From a virus (Duplodnaviria; Caudoviricetes), in the IMG/VR virus record IMGVR_UViG_3300003324_000427, positions 1-63,066 of that record: a DNA stretch of 63,066 bases; one strand, given 5' to 3'. Each line of letters starts with the position of its first letter. The first letter of the stretch is position 1. Shown in pieces: positions 1 to 8,848 of this stretch. The notes beneath the pieces are model-generated. The model was given only the letters and a program-made list of their open reading frames with translations, was not told the origin of the DNA and did no database searches. Both the position numbers and the translations under genes were made by a program.

Positions 1-54
1 GGTGGCTCAAGTAGTTCGTTCTAAAACATCCAGATTGTTGTATAATATGTTTGT

Positions 55-351
55 ATGAATAGCAAAGATATTATACTAATAGCCAAAGGTAAAAGACGAT
101 ATCTCCATCCTAAGTTGGATATATTAGAGAATATTGAATGTAATATTTGGTATGATAGAGAATTCAAGTTTTTTTATATTGAATACGATATAATAAATAA
201 CAAATCAAACAAGTCTTTATTAACAAAAGATACTGAATTGATTTTAACTGAAATAGGAAGATACATAAAACGTAAAATGGAAGAAGAGTCTGAACGTTTA
301 GATAGGTCTTATCAAGAATCCGGAGAAGATAATGTTAGAATTTTTCACTGA
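55..351 (+). CDS. hypothetical protein (98 aa)
   Basis: ORF in + strand gene run; TATAAT at 41-46 just upstream; no recognisable motif. Confidence 0.7.
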   Translation: MNSKDIILIAKGKRRYLHPKLDILENIECNIWYDREFKFFYIEYDIINNKSNKSLLTKDTELILTEIGRYIKRKMEEESERLDRSYQESGEDNVRIFH

Positions 352-589
352 TACCGATGAAGGTAATGTAAGTTTTGCTTTTTATGACGCCGATGGTGAC
401 TCTAAAAAAGCCATAAAACTAGTAAAAGAAACTTTGGGCTACGTATTCGAAAGTACCGAAGACGGTGACATGTTCGATGATTTGCCAGAATTTCTTTCCA
501 ATACTTTAATCCTTGGCATTGATAATATCAATGAGGATATTTTGGAACTAGCTAAAGATAAAGGGTTTGCGATTTACATAGTTCCGTAA
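332..589 (+). CDS. acidic hypothetical protein (85 aa)
   Basis: ORF with GGAG SD just upstream; overlaps end of previous gene. Confidence 0.75.
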   Translation: MLEFFTDTDEGNVSFAFYDADGDSKKAIKLVKETLGYVFESTEDGDMFDDLPEFLSNTLILGIDNINEDILELAKDKGFAIYIVP

Positions 590-600
590 ACTGTTAGAAT
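573..600 (+). promoter_or_regulatory. sigma70-type promoter, probably giving a leaderless mRNA
   Basis: TTTACA(573-578)-N16-TAGAAT(595-600) with TGn extension; ATG at 607 only 6 nt downstream; no SD. Confidence 0.6.
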
Positions 601-606
601 GGTTAA

Positions 607-1395
607 ATGAGCGCCGACGTACCACCAGAAAAAGTAAAGCGTAGAAAGAAGACGCACGACACAACCATATTTTCTTTTAGCCACAGCGGCTTGGAATCAA
701 TGGAATCGTGTTTACGTAAATGGTACCTCATGTACATTAAGGGATATTTCCCTAAACCTAAGCAACCGGCTACTGAATTTGGTAAACTTTGCCATAAAAT
801 AGCAGAAGAATATACTGGTACCGGAATAGCTGAGGCGAGACAGTTATTGGAGCAATATAAAGCTAATCATGAAATAACACCGGAATATGAAACTAAACTT
901 AGTTCCGCCATAAGTATCATTGTTGATTTTCATGATAAGTATTTGAGTAAAGTTGAAAAAGTGTATAAAGAAAAAGAGATTCGTATAGCACTCTCTGAGT
1001 ATATTGACTTATTGGGTAGCATTGACGTTCTTTATAAATCAGAAGAAGATGGTTGGGTGGTGGTAGATTATAAAACTAGCAAAAAGAAATCTGATTACTC
1101 AAAACAGTTAGCGTTTTACTATTTTTTGTTATTGGGTATATCAAACGCTAAACCAAAAAAATTGAAATGTCAGATAGTTTATCTAGCTTTGGACGGCCAA
1201 AAAGACTATATAGACGAATACGAATTGTCAAAAGATGAACTTGAGTTTTGTGAAATGAGAATACAGTCTGCCATTAATAGAATTATGCATTTGGGCATAG
1301 ATGACCAAGGCGCATGGCGTAAGAAAGTTGGACCATTGTGTAATTACTGTAATTTCAAAATAGTTGGATATTGTGACGGAGTTGAACATGACTGA
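607..1395 (+). CDS. PD-(D/E)XK exonuclease, Cas4/RecB-like with Fe-S cysteines
   Basis: SHS..SC.RKWY N-terminus; GSIDVL...VVDYKT...QLAFY RecB motifs; C-terminal CNYC...C. Confidence 0.85.
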   Translation: MSADVPPEKVKRRKKTHDTTIFSFSHSGLESMESCLRKWYLMYIKGYFPKPKQPATEFGKLCHKIAEEYTGTGIAEARQLLEQYKANHEITPEYETKLSSAISIIVDFHDKYLSKVEKVYKEKEIRIALSEYIDLLGSIDVLYKSEEDGWVVVDYKTSKKKSDYSKQLAFYYFLLLGISNAKPKKLKCQIVYLALDGQKDYIDEYELSKDELEFCEMRIQSAINRIMHLGIDDQGAWRKKVGPLCNYCNFKIVGYCDGVEHD

Positions 1396-1567
1396 TTCTG
1401 AGTTTGAAGACGTGAGGCCCAAGAGGAATCACACTAAGGGTAAAAACAAAGGTAATGGTGATCCATTCCTTAGAAAAAGAAAAGCTAATTATAAGAAGCA
1501 TAAACAAGATGAATACGAAGAATATGAAGAAGATTACATGGACGAAGAGGATGAGTTTTCCGAATAA
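1388..1567 (+). CDS. small basic/acidic bipartite protein
   Basis: ATG at 1388 overlaps end of nuclease gene; K/R-rich middle, E/D/Y-rich tail. Confidence 0.65.
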   Translation: MTDSEFEDVRPKRNHTKGKNKGNGDPFLRKRKANYKKHKQDEYEEYEEDYMDEEDEFSE

Positions 1568-1577
1568 GAATATGGCG

Positions 1578-1605
1578 TTGTCAAGTCGCTAAACTGTAGT
1601 AAAAT
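1578..1605 (+). promoter_or_regulatory. sigma70-type promoter
   Basis: TTGTCA-N16-TAAAAT upstream of a strong GAAAGGT SD. Confidence 0.6.
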
Positions 1606-1651
1606 TACTACGTGTTGATCATAAATCATTACTTAGAAAGGTAAAAATCAC

Positions 1652-1855
1652 ATGACAAAAAGAAATCGTACAAATTACATCGTTCGCGCTCAACTCGGAG
1701 CCGGCGCTGGTTATCTCACACGCAGAGTAAACGTTACCCGCACTAGCGGCCGTTATCGCTGGTCAAAGACTTCAAGAAACGTCGCAACTGTTCTCAGTTA
1801 TGACGCTGCTCGTCGTGCTGCTCGTCAATATGGCGGTTGCGTAGTTCCAGTTTGA
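1652..1855 (+). CDS. small Arg-rich protein (67 aa)
   Basis: strong SD; CGT/GCT-biased codons; own promoter and terminator. Confidence 0.8.
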   Translation: MTKRNRTNYIVRAQLGAGAGYLTRRVNVTRTSGRYRWSKTSRNVATVLSYDAARRAARQYGGCVVPV

Positions 1856-1916
1856 ATTTTGATAGATTAGTTGCTACTCTCTCATAAAACTCTTTTCAAG
1901 CAAAGAGTCTATCAGC

Positions 1917-1948
1917 AAATACCCAGGATGGAAAGTCCTGGGTATTTT
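1917..1948 (+). terminator. intrinsic terminator
   Basis: AAATACCCAGGA-tggaaag-TCCTGGGTATTT 12-bp stem ending in a T run. Confidence 0.8.
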
Positions 1949-1974
1949 GCTATAATATTAGCATAAGGAACCTT

Positions 1975-2247
1975 ATGCAAGACGACATCGTAACAAACAC
2001 TGTTTTACTAAACGTTGTATTATTGAAATTGAAGGCTACTGAAAGAAACATATCAGTCAATTCCGCAGATATAAAAACATTCGTTGATGTTTTGCTCACC
2101 GGCTATCCTAAAAAGAACAAAAAAGCTATAATTGAAACTATTATAGCGATGGACGATTTTATTGATATGTTTACAATTGGAATACAACAAGATGTAATCA
2201 GTAAAATAAAGCCAAAAAAGAATAAGATTAGAAAAATAAGGTATTGA
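1975..2247 (+). CDS. hypothetical protein (90 aa)
   Basis: extended -10 TGCTATAAT at 1948-1956 and AAGGA SD upstream. Confidence 0.75.
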   Translation: MQDDIVTNTVLLNVVLLKLKATERNISVNSADIKTFVDVLLTGYPKKNKKAIIETIIAMDDFIDMFTIGIQQDVISKIKPKKNKIRKIRY

Positions 2248-2248
2248 T

Positions 2249-4582
2249 ATGTCCGATTTTATTGTGTTAACTCCTGAGAAAGACGCTAAAGTTCCAACAA
2301 GAAAAAAGTTTTGCTATTGGACAGTAGCCGACGGCAAATACGCAAAAATGATAGAAACTACTATAGCTTCCGCTAGAGCGGTAGGCGTAAAAGAAGATTT
2401 CCATGTTTGGACTGATCAAAAAATTGAAGGTGCTATAACACATGATTGCGGAAATTTCGATAAGCATCTCTACATTTTCAAGTTTAAGTTCCTCAAAGAA
2501 CATGTACAGAAGCTAGATTATGACTATTTCATATTTTTAGATGCTGACAATTTATTTGTTAGGAATCCAGGTGATATACTTTCAGTAATGGGCGATTCTC
2601 CTGTTTTCGCATGTATGGAAAATGACTGCGATCCAAACAAAGTAAAAAGAAGAGAATGGTGGGGCTGTAAGATTGAGTTCTGGAGCGAACTGCTAAGAAT
2701 GTATGGCGTTAAGACGCCTAAAATTTACAATACTAATGCTGGTTTTTGGATAGTCAAAAAAGACTACGTAGATAAGTTCTATGAATTAGGAATGAAGTTC
2801 TGGAGTGAATGTCATGCTACTTATGGCCTTCTTCAGTTTACCGAAGAACCGGCTTTAGCGTATGTAGCGCACACTCTTGCCGCTGACTATCAAGATAAGC
2901 ACACGCTTGATAAAACAAGTCATATATGGGCTTCTGACTGGACTGGTAATTTCAAGAACGCATTACCAACTGGCGCACCATGGGAATTTGAAGATTACAT
3001 GTCTGGTGAAAAGAAAGTTGTCAATCCAGCTATTGTACACGTTATGAGAAGCGACGACCTCATGGTCGCCGAAACAGATAAAAGAAGAGCACGTGCTTCC
3101 GCTTCACCAATAGACATTTCTAAGGGATTCTGGATGGGCCACCAAATGCTTGGTGACGTAATTGGTTTCTGCGCTGCTGCTCATATCCTCCATAAGAAAA
3201 CTGGTCAGATAATAAAGATTCATTTCCCTCAAGAAGAACGTAGAGGCATCACTAGTTATTTCACTGGTATTAGATGGGTTAAAAAAGAAGAGATACCTCA
3301 AGCTGTAAATTGCGGTATGGACCCAACACCAGAACAATGGCCAACCATGAACGGTGTAAAGAGATTCTATAGATTTATGGACCCGGCGATGAAGCCAACT
3401 ATATCGTTTGATGTTCATATGAATATCGAAAAGTATGCTGCGCCAAAAGAAAAACTTATAGGTATAGTTGCGCATTCCGTCACGCAAGGCAGCATACCTA
3501 CTAGTGTCGTTACTCAAATGTGTAAAGACGCTCTTGAAAAATTCCCAGGATACAAGTTGGTGTTATTAGGGGAAAAGAAGAACACGTTTACTTTCCCTAA
3601 TGATATTGCGATTGAAGATAGAAGAGACGAAGCTGCAGATTATGATTCACTAGTTGAACAAATAAGAAATCTTGCTTTGTTGTTATGTCCTCAAACTGGT
3701 CCATGTTTTATTGCCGCCGGACTTCGTGTCCCTATGTGGGTTTATAGAAGCAAAGAAGTACATTGGGATTATGTGTTGAACTACGACACGCATAAAGTTC
3801 AAAAGTGGTACGACAGGGAACAAGAGAAAACATTTAGGGATTATAGTAATTTTTTACTTGGGTGCTCAGGTATTGGCGATATGACGTGCGCGTTGAACGC
3901 CTTGGAAAGTATCGGAATTGAAAACAATAAAGATGTCTATGTTTACGTAGATAAAACAAAAATAGAAAAGCTCTACAACTTACATAGTCTTTTCTCGTTG
4001 AATAGAGTGAAGATAACTACAGAAATGCCAGAAAAGAATATCACTATGGGCGCTAATGCTCACGGCATGGACTGTTCTTGGGTATATGATTGGCCAGCAG
4101 CATGGGGAGTCACGAAGCGACTTGGTGATAACTACATGATGAAGCCAAAACATTTTTCTTGGAGAGGTAGGAAAGGAACCGTTGGAGTTTCCTTTACTGT
4201 AAATTTCGCAAGACATAAGAATCCATCTACAGAATATAAGTCCAGCATTGTACGTAGTTTGATAAAAGATGGTTACAAAGTTGTGTATTTCGGTGCTATA
4301 GATACCCATGATACGGAAAGTCTATGGCAGAGAGAGTTTGGCAAAAATATACAGTATGCCCCGAAGGACCTATTCCAGACTGCGGATATGTTGTGTAATT
4401 GTGAACATTTCATAGGTGCGGATAGCGGTATGGCGTGGCTGAGTGTGTTTTTCAAAGTTCCTACAACTGTCGTATTAGGAAGGACTTACGGCAACGAACT
4501 CCCTAAGACTTTCACTAAGATAAAGCACTGTAAGATGTTATGGGAAGATGAAGTTGAAGCGGTAATCAAGAAACAAATTTAA
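2249..4582 (+). CDS. multidomain glycosyltransferase (GT-A domain plus two GT9/heptosyltransferase-like GT-B units)
   Basis: FIFLDADN DxD motif, NAGF and EEP in N-terminal domain; MLGDV...TGPCFIAAGL..P and GIGDM...FIGADSGMAWLS...PT GT9-like motifs. Confidence 0.8.
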   Translation: MSDFIVLTPEKDAKVPTRKKFCYWTVADGKYAKMIETTIASARAVGVKEDFHVWTDQKIEGAITHDCGNFDKHLYIFKFKFLKEHVQKLDYDYFIFLDADNLFVRNPGDILSVMGDSPVFACMENDCDPNKVKRREWWGCKIEFWSELLRMYGVKTPKIYNTNAGFWIVKKDYVDKFYELGMKFWSECHATYGLLQFTEEPALAYVAHTLAADYQDKHTLDKTSHIWASDWTGNFKNALPTGAPWEFEDYMSGEKKVVNPAIVHVMRSDDLMVAETDKRRARASASPIDISKGFWMGHQMLGDVIGFCAAAHILHKKTGQIIKIHFPQEERRGITSYFTGIRWVKKEEIPQAVNCGMDPTPEQWPTMNGVKRFYRFMDPAMKPTISFDVHMNIEKYAAPKEKLIGIVAHSVTQGSIPTSVVTQMCKDALEKFPGYKLVLLGEKKNTFTFPNDIAIEDRRDEAADYDSLVEQIRNLALLLCPQTGPCFIAAGLRVPMWVYRSKEVHWDYVLNYDTHKVQKWYDREQEKTFRDYSNFLLGCSGIGDMTCALNALESIGIENNKDVYVYVDKTKIEKLYNLHSLFSLNRVKITTEMPEKNITMGANAHGMDCSWVYDWPAAWGVTKRLGDNYMMKPKHFSWRGRKGTVGVSFTVNFARHKNPSTEYKSSIVRSLIKDGYKVVYFGAIDTHDTESLWQREFGKNIQYAPKDLFQTADMLCNCEHFIGADSGMAWLSVFFKVPTTVVLGRTYGNELPKTFTKIKHCKMLWEDEVEAVIKKQI

Positions 4583-4583
4583 C

Positions 4584-4610
4584 TTGCCAAAATTTATATT
4601 TTGGTATACT
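4584..4610 (+). promoter_or_regulatory. sigma70-type promoter with palindromic spacer
   Basis: TTGCCA-N15-TATACT with TGn; CCAAAAT/ATTTTGG inverted repeat across the spacer. Confidence 0.6.
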
Positions 4611-4635
4611 TCCAGCATACCTAAAAGGAGATACC

Positions 4636-5169
4636 ATGCGTACTATGGTACTTAATCAATCAATGGAATTCTTGGGCATAGTGCCTTGGTTCGATGCTTT
4701 TACTCTTGTATTGACCAATAAGGCTCACACCATTGGTAGCTACAACAAGAAGGTACGTTCTGCTTATGCGGAATGGGATATGCCTGCCGTAATCGTTACC
4801 AATGACTACAAGAACACTAAGAAGCGTCCACGCGCTTTTGCTGCTAGCACTCGTAACGTATTGATACGTGATAACTTCACTTGTCAATACTGCGGTTGTA
4901 AGTTGACTCTCAAGACTGGTACTAAGGATCACGTTCATCCTGCCGCTCAAGGTGGTAAGACTATTATGACTAACCTCGTAGCAGCTTGTAAGCCATGTAA
5001 CGGTAAGAAGGATAACCGTACTCCTGCTCAATCTGGCATGCACCCAGCTAACCCAGCTAGAGAAATGACTGATGAAGAAAAGCTTCGTTCTGTCATGAAG
5101 ACTTTCCAGTCCAGGGAAAGAAATGTATGGTTAGATGTTCTTAAGGAGCACAATATAACTCTATGGTAA
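4636..5169 (+). CDS. HNH endonuclease (McrA-like)
   Basis: RD.FTCQYCG...TKDHVHP..QGG....NLVAACKPCN..K; AGGAG SD. Confidence 0.92.
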   Translation: MRTMVLNQSMEFLGIVPWFDAFTLVLTNKAHTIGSYNKKVRSAYAEWDMPAVIVTNDYKNTKKRPRAFAASTRNVLIRDNFTCQYCGCKLTLKTGTKDHVHPAAQGGKTIMTNLVAACKPCNGKKDNRTPAQSGMHPANPAREMTDEEKLRSVMKTFQSRERNVWLDVLKEHNITLW

Positions 5170-5420
5170 AACTCATACCTGTAAAATTGGTAGGGTTGAA
5201 CGAAAGAGCCAATAAAATTATTGACTTCTATGGCAATAATTTGCTTCTAAGAGAATACGACACATATGGTAGGCCCCTCAACATGTTTGAGGGTGAGCCT
5301 GCCATATTTTGTTGTTCCGCTGATATGTTCTGGAATGGGTGGTTTGTTCTTGATAAAGACGTTCGGTTTGTTGAAGAAGTCAATAATGTGAAGAAAAGCG
5401 TGGAAGGGTCAGAAAAGTAA
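5163..5420 (+). CDS. hypothetical protein (85 aa)
   Basis: ORF overlapping end of HNH gene. Confidence 0.7.
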   Translation: MVKLIPVKLVGLNERANKIIDFYGNNLLLREYDTYGRPLNMFEGEPAIFCCSADMFWNGWFVLDKDVRFVEEVNNVKKSVEGSEK

Positions 5421-5437
5421 CTATAATAAATATAGTT

Positions 5438-6469
5438 ATGAGAATCAAACGCGCACATTGGGGATTGGGCGACACGTACATTGATGTTACGTCAAAGTTG
5501 TTGGAAGAATTGTCTAAATCGCCATCCGTCAAAGCGTGTAACGAATTATTCACCGACCCTTTGCCTGGTAACTATAAGCAGCTAACAGTACACATAGATG
5601 ATAAAGTGTACACTGTGTTTGAGACATCTTTCTTCTGTCTTGATAAAATCACTAAGATAAAAGAGAAAATTGGATACTACTCAGTAAAAGAACAAGAAGT
5701 TTACGATTATCTATCTAAGTTAGATAACAATACTGATTATTTTGAAGAGCATATTGTCATGACCGTAATAAATCATACGGATAAAACAGGAATAGTAATA
5801 TCGAAACCAGATACTTATGCCGGTTTTTACTGCTTCGTCGCATATTACTACAAGAAGATAAACGATATTGTCAATGTCTACGGATATAAACTGGATAGAC
5901 TCTTTAGTAAAGATGGTTTTACTGTTTATAAAGACACGCCGGAAGATGATTTGTACAAAATAATTTTTTCAAGAAACGAGAATAGCCGTAATTTATATTT
6001 GAAACATTTCTCTCCATCACCAGGAGTTCTTAAGAGAATAGAAGAACTGAAACAGAAATACAACATAAACTGTGAGAATTCTATAGGTGTCTATTACAGA
6101 GGTACGGATAAAATACGAGAAATAAAATTGCCTGATGTTGAGCGTTATTATTCTGTTATAGATTCTAAAGATGCTTCCCTAAAAATATTTTTACAAACCG
6201 ATCAACAGCAAATATTGGATCAATTCTTACAGAGATACGGCAACAGGGTAATATACTTTACCGAATTACCGTTTTCCTCTACTCAGAAAAGCACATATCA
6301 TTCTCAGAAAGAAGATAGGGTGAAAAACGCCATAGAATTCAACGCATCATTGAATATTATAGCTAAATGTAAGTATATGCTTATGACAGATGGTTCTAAT
6401 GTATCCGGATATTTGTGGAATATTCGTGATAAGGATTTACGTACAAAGGATACTTTTTCTATCAAATAA
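5438..6469 (+). CDS. NodZ-like (GT23-type) fucosyltransferase with a small N-terminal DUF3395/lectin-like domain
   Basis: IGVYYRGTDK and IFLQTD GDP-fucose-binding motifs; SNVS near C-terminus; N-terminal A.WG...DVT...N..F.DP.PG..K.L.V. Confidence 0.72.
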   Translation: MRIKRAHWGLGDTYIDVTSKLLEELSKSPSVKACNELFTDPLPGNYKQLTVHIDDKVYTVFETSFFCLDKITKIKEKIGYYSVKEQEVYDYLSKLDNNTDYFEEHIVMTVINHTDKTGIVISKPDTYAGFYCFVAYYYKKINDIVNVYGYKLDRLFSKDGFTVYKDTPEDDLYKIIFSRNENSRNLYLKHFSPSPGVLKRIEELKQKYNINCENSIGVYYRGTDKIREIKLPDVERYYSVIDSKDASLKIFLQTDQQQILDQFLQRYGNRVIYFTELPFSSTQKSTYHSQKEDRVKNAIEFNASLNIIAKCKYMLMTDGSNVSGYLWNIRDKDLRTKDTFSIK

Positions 6470-6470
6470 T

Positions 6471-6481
6471 TGTGCTATAAT
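6471..6481 (+). promoter_or_regulatory. extended -10 promoter
   Basis: TGTGCTATAAT upstream of GAAAGGG SD. Confidence 0.65.
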
Positions 6482-6502
6482 GGTGGTTAGAAAGGGATTC
6501 GT

Positions 6503-6811
6503 ATGCTTGAAATTCTTCTTGGCATTATAGTATTCTTGTTGATGTCTATAGGTACTTCACACCTATGGAGTCATTCTGATATATTTTCATATGTCAGAAA
6601 TCTCATTGCGCTAAACTTTCATCCTTTTTTCTCAAGGTTGTTTCTATGCCCTGAGTGCTCTGCTTTTTGGATAGGCGTAGCAATCTCATTCTGTTTCAAT
6701 CCGCTTGCCGGCGTTCTAATATACAAAGTATATTGGTTGTCGCATATATTCTGTGGGATAATAACCTATCTCTTCGCAAGCCCATTATATAAGAAATCTG
6801 TATTGGAGTAA
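6503..6811 (+). CDS. small membrane protein with CxxC (DUF1360-like)
   Basis: hydrophobic segments; LFLCPECSAFWIG motif. Confidence 0.7.
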   Translation: MLEILLGIIVFLLMSIGTSHLWSHSDIFSYVRNLIALNFHPFFSRLFLCPECSAFWIGVAISFCFNPLAGVLIYKVYWLSHIFCGIITYLFASPLYKKSVLE

Positions 6812-6813
6812 GC

Positions 6814-7209
6814 ATGTATCCTGTTGATTACTACGTAAAGCTCATTAGAAGTGAAAAAGCATACGCTGAATTGCTGATGAAGCAATGTGAGCCTATTGCT
6901 GCAGATATAGTCACGTTCCAGGCTAATCCAAATTGCTCATGTAAGAAAAAGATAATAGATTACATAAATAGCAATAAGGAACTCGTAAAGCAAGTTTATA
7001 CACAATTTGTATCCGAAAATCCAAATTTTGTACCGGAAAAGCCAGAAGAAAATATAGCTGGAAAAGTTATAGAAATTGAAGCTGATCCAATAAAGTACCA
7101 AAAGCTAATAGAACATCTCAAACAAAACAATCAAGTTTACAAGGGATTGACTATTATGGATGTCGTTAAGGAACAAGAGAAGGTTGTATGGCTTGTTTTC
7201 TTCTATTGA
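6814..7209 (+). CDS. hypothetical protein with NPNCSC motif
   Basis: GGAG SD; 2 nt after previous gene. Confidence 0.75.
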   Translation: MYPVDYYVKLIRSEKAYAELLMKQCEPIAADIVTFQANPNCSCKKKIIDYINSNKELVKQVYTQFVSENPNFVPEKPEENIAGKVIEIEADPIKYQKLIEHLKQNNQVYKGLTIMDVVKEQEKVVWLVFFY

Positions 7210-7217
7210 GGTAAAAC

Positions 7218-8813
7218 ATGTCGGACCTTACTGACTGGAGTGAAATATCGCGTAATAATTTCCGTTTTGACGGGAATCATAGAGCTATCGTTGAAGATAT
7301 CAATGATCCGGAAAATGCGGGTAGGGTTAGAGTCAGAATATTCGGCATACACTCACCAGACCCAACAGTCACTACAACTGAAGAGCTTCCATGGGCAGAG
7401 CCTGCGCTAAGCCTATACTTCGGTGGTGGTATTCTCAATGACAAGAACATAAATGATGAAGCGGATTTGACGGGTAGATACACCCCTAAGAAGGATATAG
7501 TCGCTGATGTACCAGGAAGGCACGTGACGCAATTGACGCCATCTAATGGAAAATGGCAAGATGATGTCATGAACGCCTGCGGTGCGCCTGGTATCTACAC
7601 GGTTCCTAGATTGGGAAGCATAGTATGGATATTCTTTGATGCTGGAAATCACGTTTATCCTAAATATTGGGCAACGGCACCAAGGAAATTAGATTGGGAA
7701 GCGCAACGTAAGAAGATAGACGATTTGATTGCCGAGAAAAGGGATCAAATAAACACACTCAAAGATAGTATAGAAGTTGATACCGGTGAATATAACGGTG
7801 CTGGCCAATCTACCAGAAACGCTAAGGTTTCTACCAAGATACCAACACCAAAAATGTGGATACATCAATTGAGTGATATTGATAATTCAGATATCACCAG
7901 CGTTACGTCAGCATTCGGCGCAACTTACATAATAGTCAACAAGAACGGTAAAGAAAGACTTTATGTGTTCAATAAAGGCGCTGCTCAATATGTAGACGAG
8001 AATGGACAAACCAAGTCTTTGGTTGGTATTTCCAGCAATTCCGGCACGGATCAAAACAATGACTTTCAAATGATGGTTGGTAACAACGTAGAGATACATT
8101 TGCTTGGTGACTACAACCTCTTCGCAAAGAATAACATATTCGTACAAACCGAAGGTAATGTTGAAATAAATTCCAAGAACAATGTTGGAATAGTTGCCCG
8201 TGAAGGTGACATTGACATTATCACGTCAAACGGTCACTGTAATATAGACGTAAAGGGTAACTGTAATATCAGAACTGGTGGTAATACTCAGTTAGAAACA
8301 GAAGGTGATTTGATTGCTAAAGTAACTGGAAAGTTGGATGCCGCTGTTACTGGTGACGTAATTGCCAATGTTGATGGTGATATTGATCTAAAGACAAACG
8401 GCGACGCTAATATTTCCTCTATAGGAAATATAAACATGAATGCTACAGGTGACATCACAATGTCCTGTAATAATTTAGCAGTTCAAACGAATGCTGCTAT
8501 GTCTGTCACGTCAACTACGTCTGTAGACGTTCAAGCAAATACTGGCATTTCTCTCTCAGGTGGCGGTTCTGGTATTTCATTGGCACCTGGAGCCGCTAAT
8601 GTTCAATCTACGCAAATTGGACTTTCTGGTTCCTCGGTTCAAATCCAAGGACAAGTGAATATGGGCTCGTCTGCTTCTGGTGGAACTGCCAATCCGCCAA
8701 GTGTTCAAGCTGTCACTCCGGTACAAATTCCACCTGCAGAACAATTTGCGGAAAGTGGAAGTGGTAAAACTATTTCTGCTACAGAGTCTCAGGTCAGCGA
8801 TCAAGATAATTAA
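7218..8813 (+). CDS. gp5: baseplate central spike protein (T4 gp5/VgrG-like OB fold plus beta-helix, no lysozyme domain)
   Basis: IVEDINDP...GRVRVRIFGIH...LPWA and P..GS.VWIFF OB-fold motifs; ~8-residue VxG[ND] beta-helix repeats in C-terminal half. Confidence 0.9.
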   Translation: MSDLTDWSEISRNNFRFDGNHRAIVEDINDPENAGRVRVRIFGIHSPDPTVTTTEELPWAEPALSLYFGGGILNDKNINDEADLTGRYTPKKDIVADVPGRHVTQLTPSNGKWQDDVMNACGAPGIYTVPRLGSIVWIFFDAGNHVYPKYWATAPRKLDWEAQRKKIDDLIAEKRDQINTLKDSIEVDTGEYNGAGQSTRNAKVSTKIPTPKMWIHQLSDIDNSDITSVTSAFGATYIIVNKNGKERLYVFNKGAAQYVDENGQTKSLVGISSNSGTDQNNDFQMMVGNNVEIHLLGDYNLFAKNNIFVQTEGNVEINSKNNVGIVAREGDIDIITSNGHCNIDVKGNCNIRTGGNTQLETEGDLIAKVTGKLDAAVTGDVIANVDGDIDLKTNGDANISSIGNINMNATGDITMSCNNLAVQTNAAMSVTSTTSVDVQANTGISLSGGGSGISLAPGAANVQSTQIGLSGSSVQIQGQVNMGSSASGGTANPPSVQAVTPVQIPPAEQFAESGSGKTISATESQVSDQDN

Positions 8814-8823
8814 CGCTGAAAAG

Positions 8824-8831
8824 TATAAATA
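8824..8831 (+). promoter_or_regulatory. T4-type late promoter
   Basis: exact TATAAATA in the intergenic gap before the gp25-like gene. Confidence 0.65.
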
Positions 8832-8848
8832 CAGGCTGGAGTTTATCA

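Noticed and set aside
607-1395. Cas4-like nuclease as evidence of a CRISPR-Cas locus
   Set aside because: No cas1/cas2 and no repeat-spacer array seen; solo Cas4/RecB-like exonucleases are common in phages
1652-1855. Phage-encoded ribosomal protein (e.g. bS21)
   Set aside because: Basic, but no recognisable ribosomal-protein motif
4636-5169. Intron- or intein-associated homing endonuclease
   Set aside because: Free-standing with its own promoter and SD; flanking genes are not split halves of one gene
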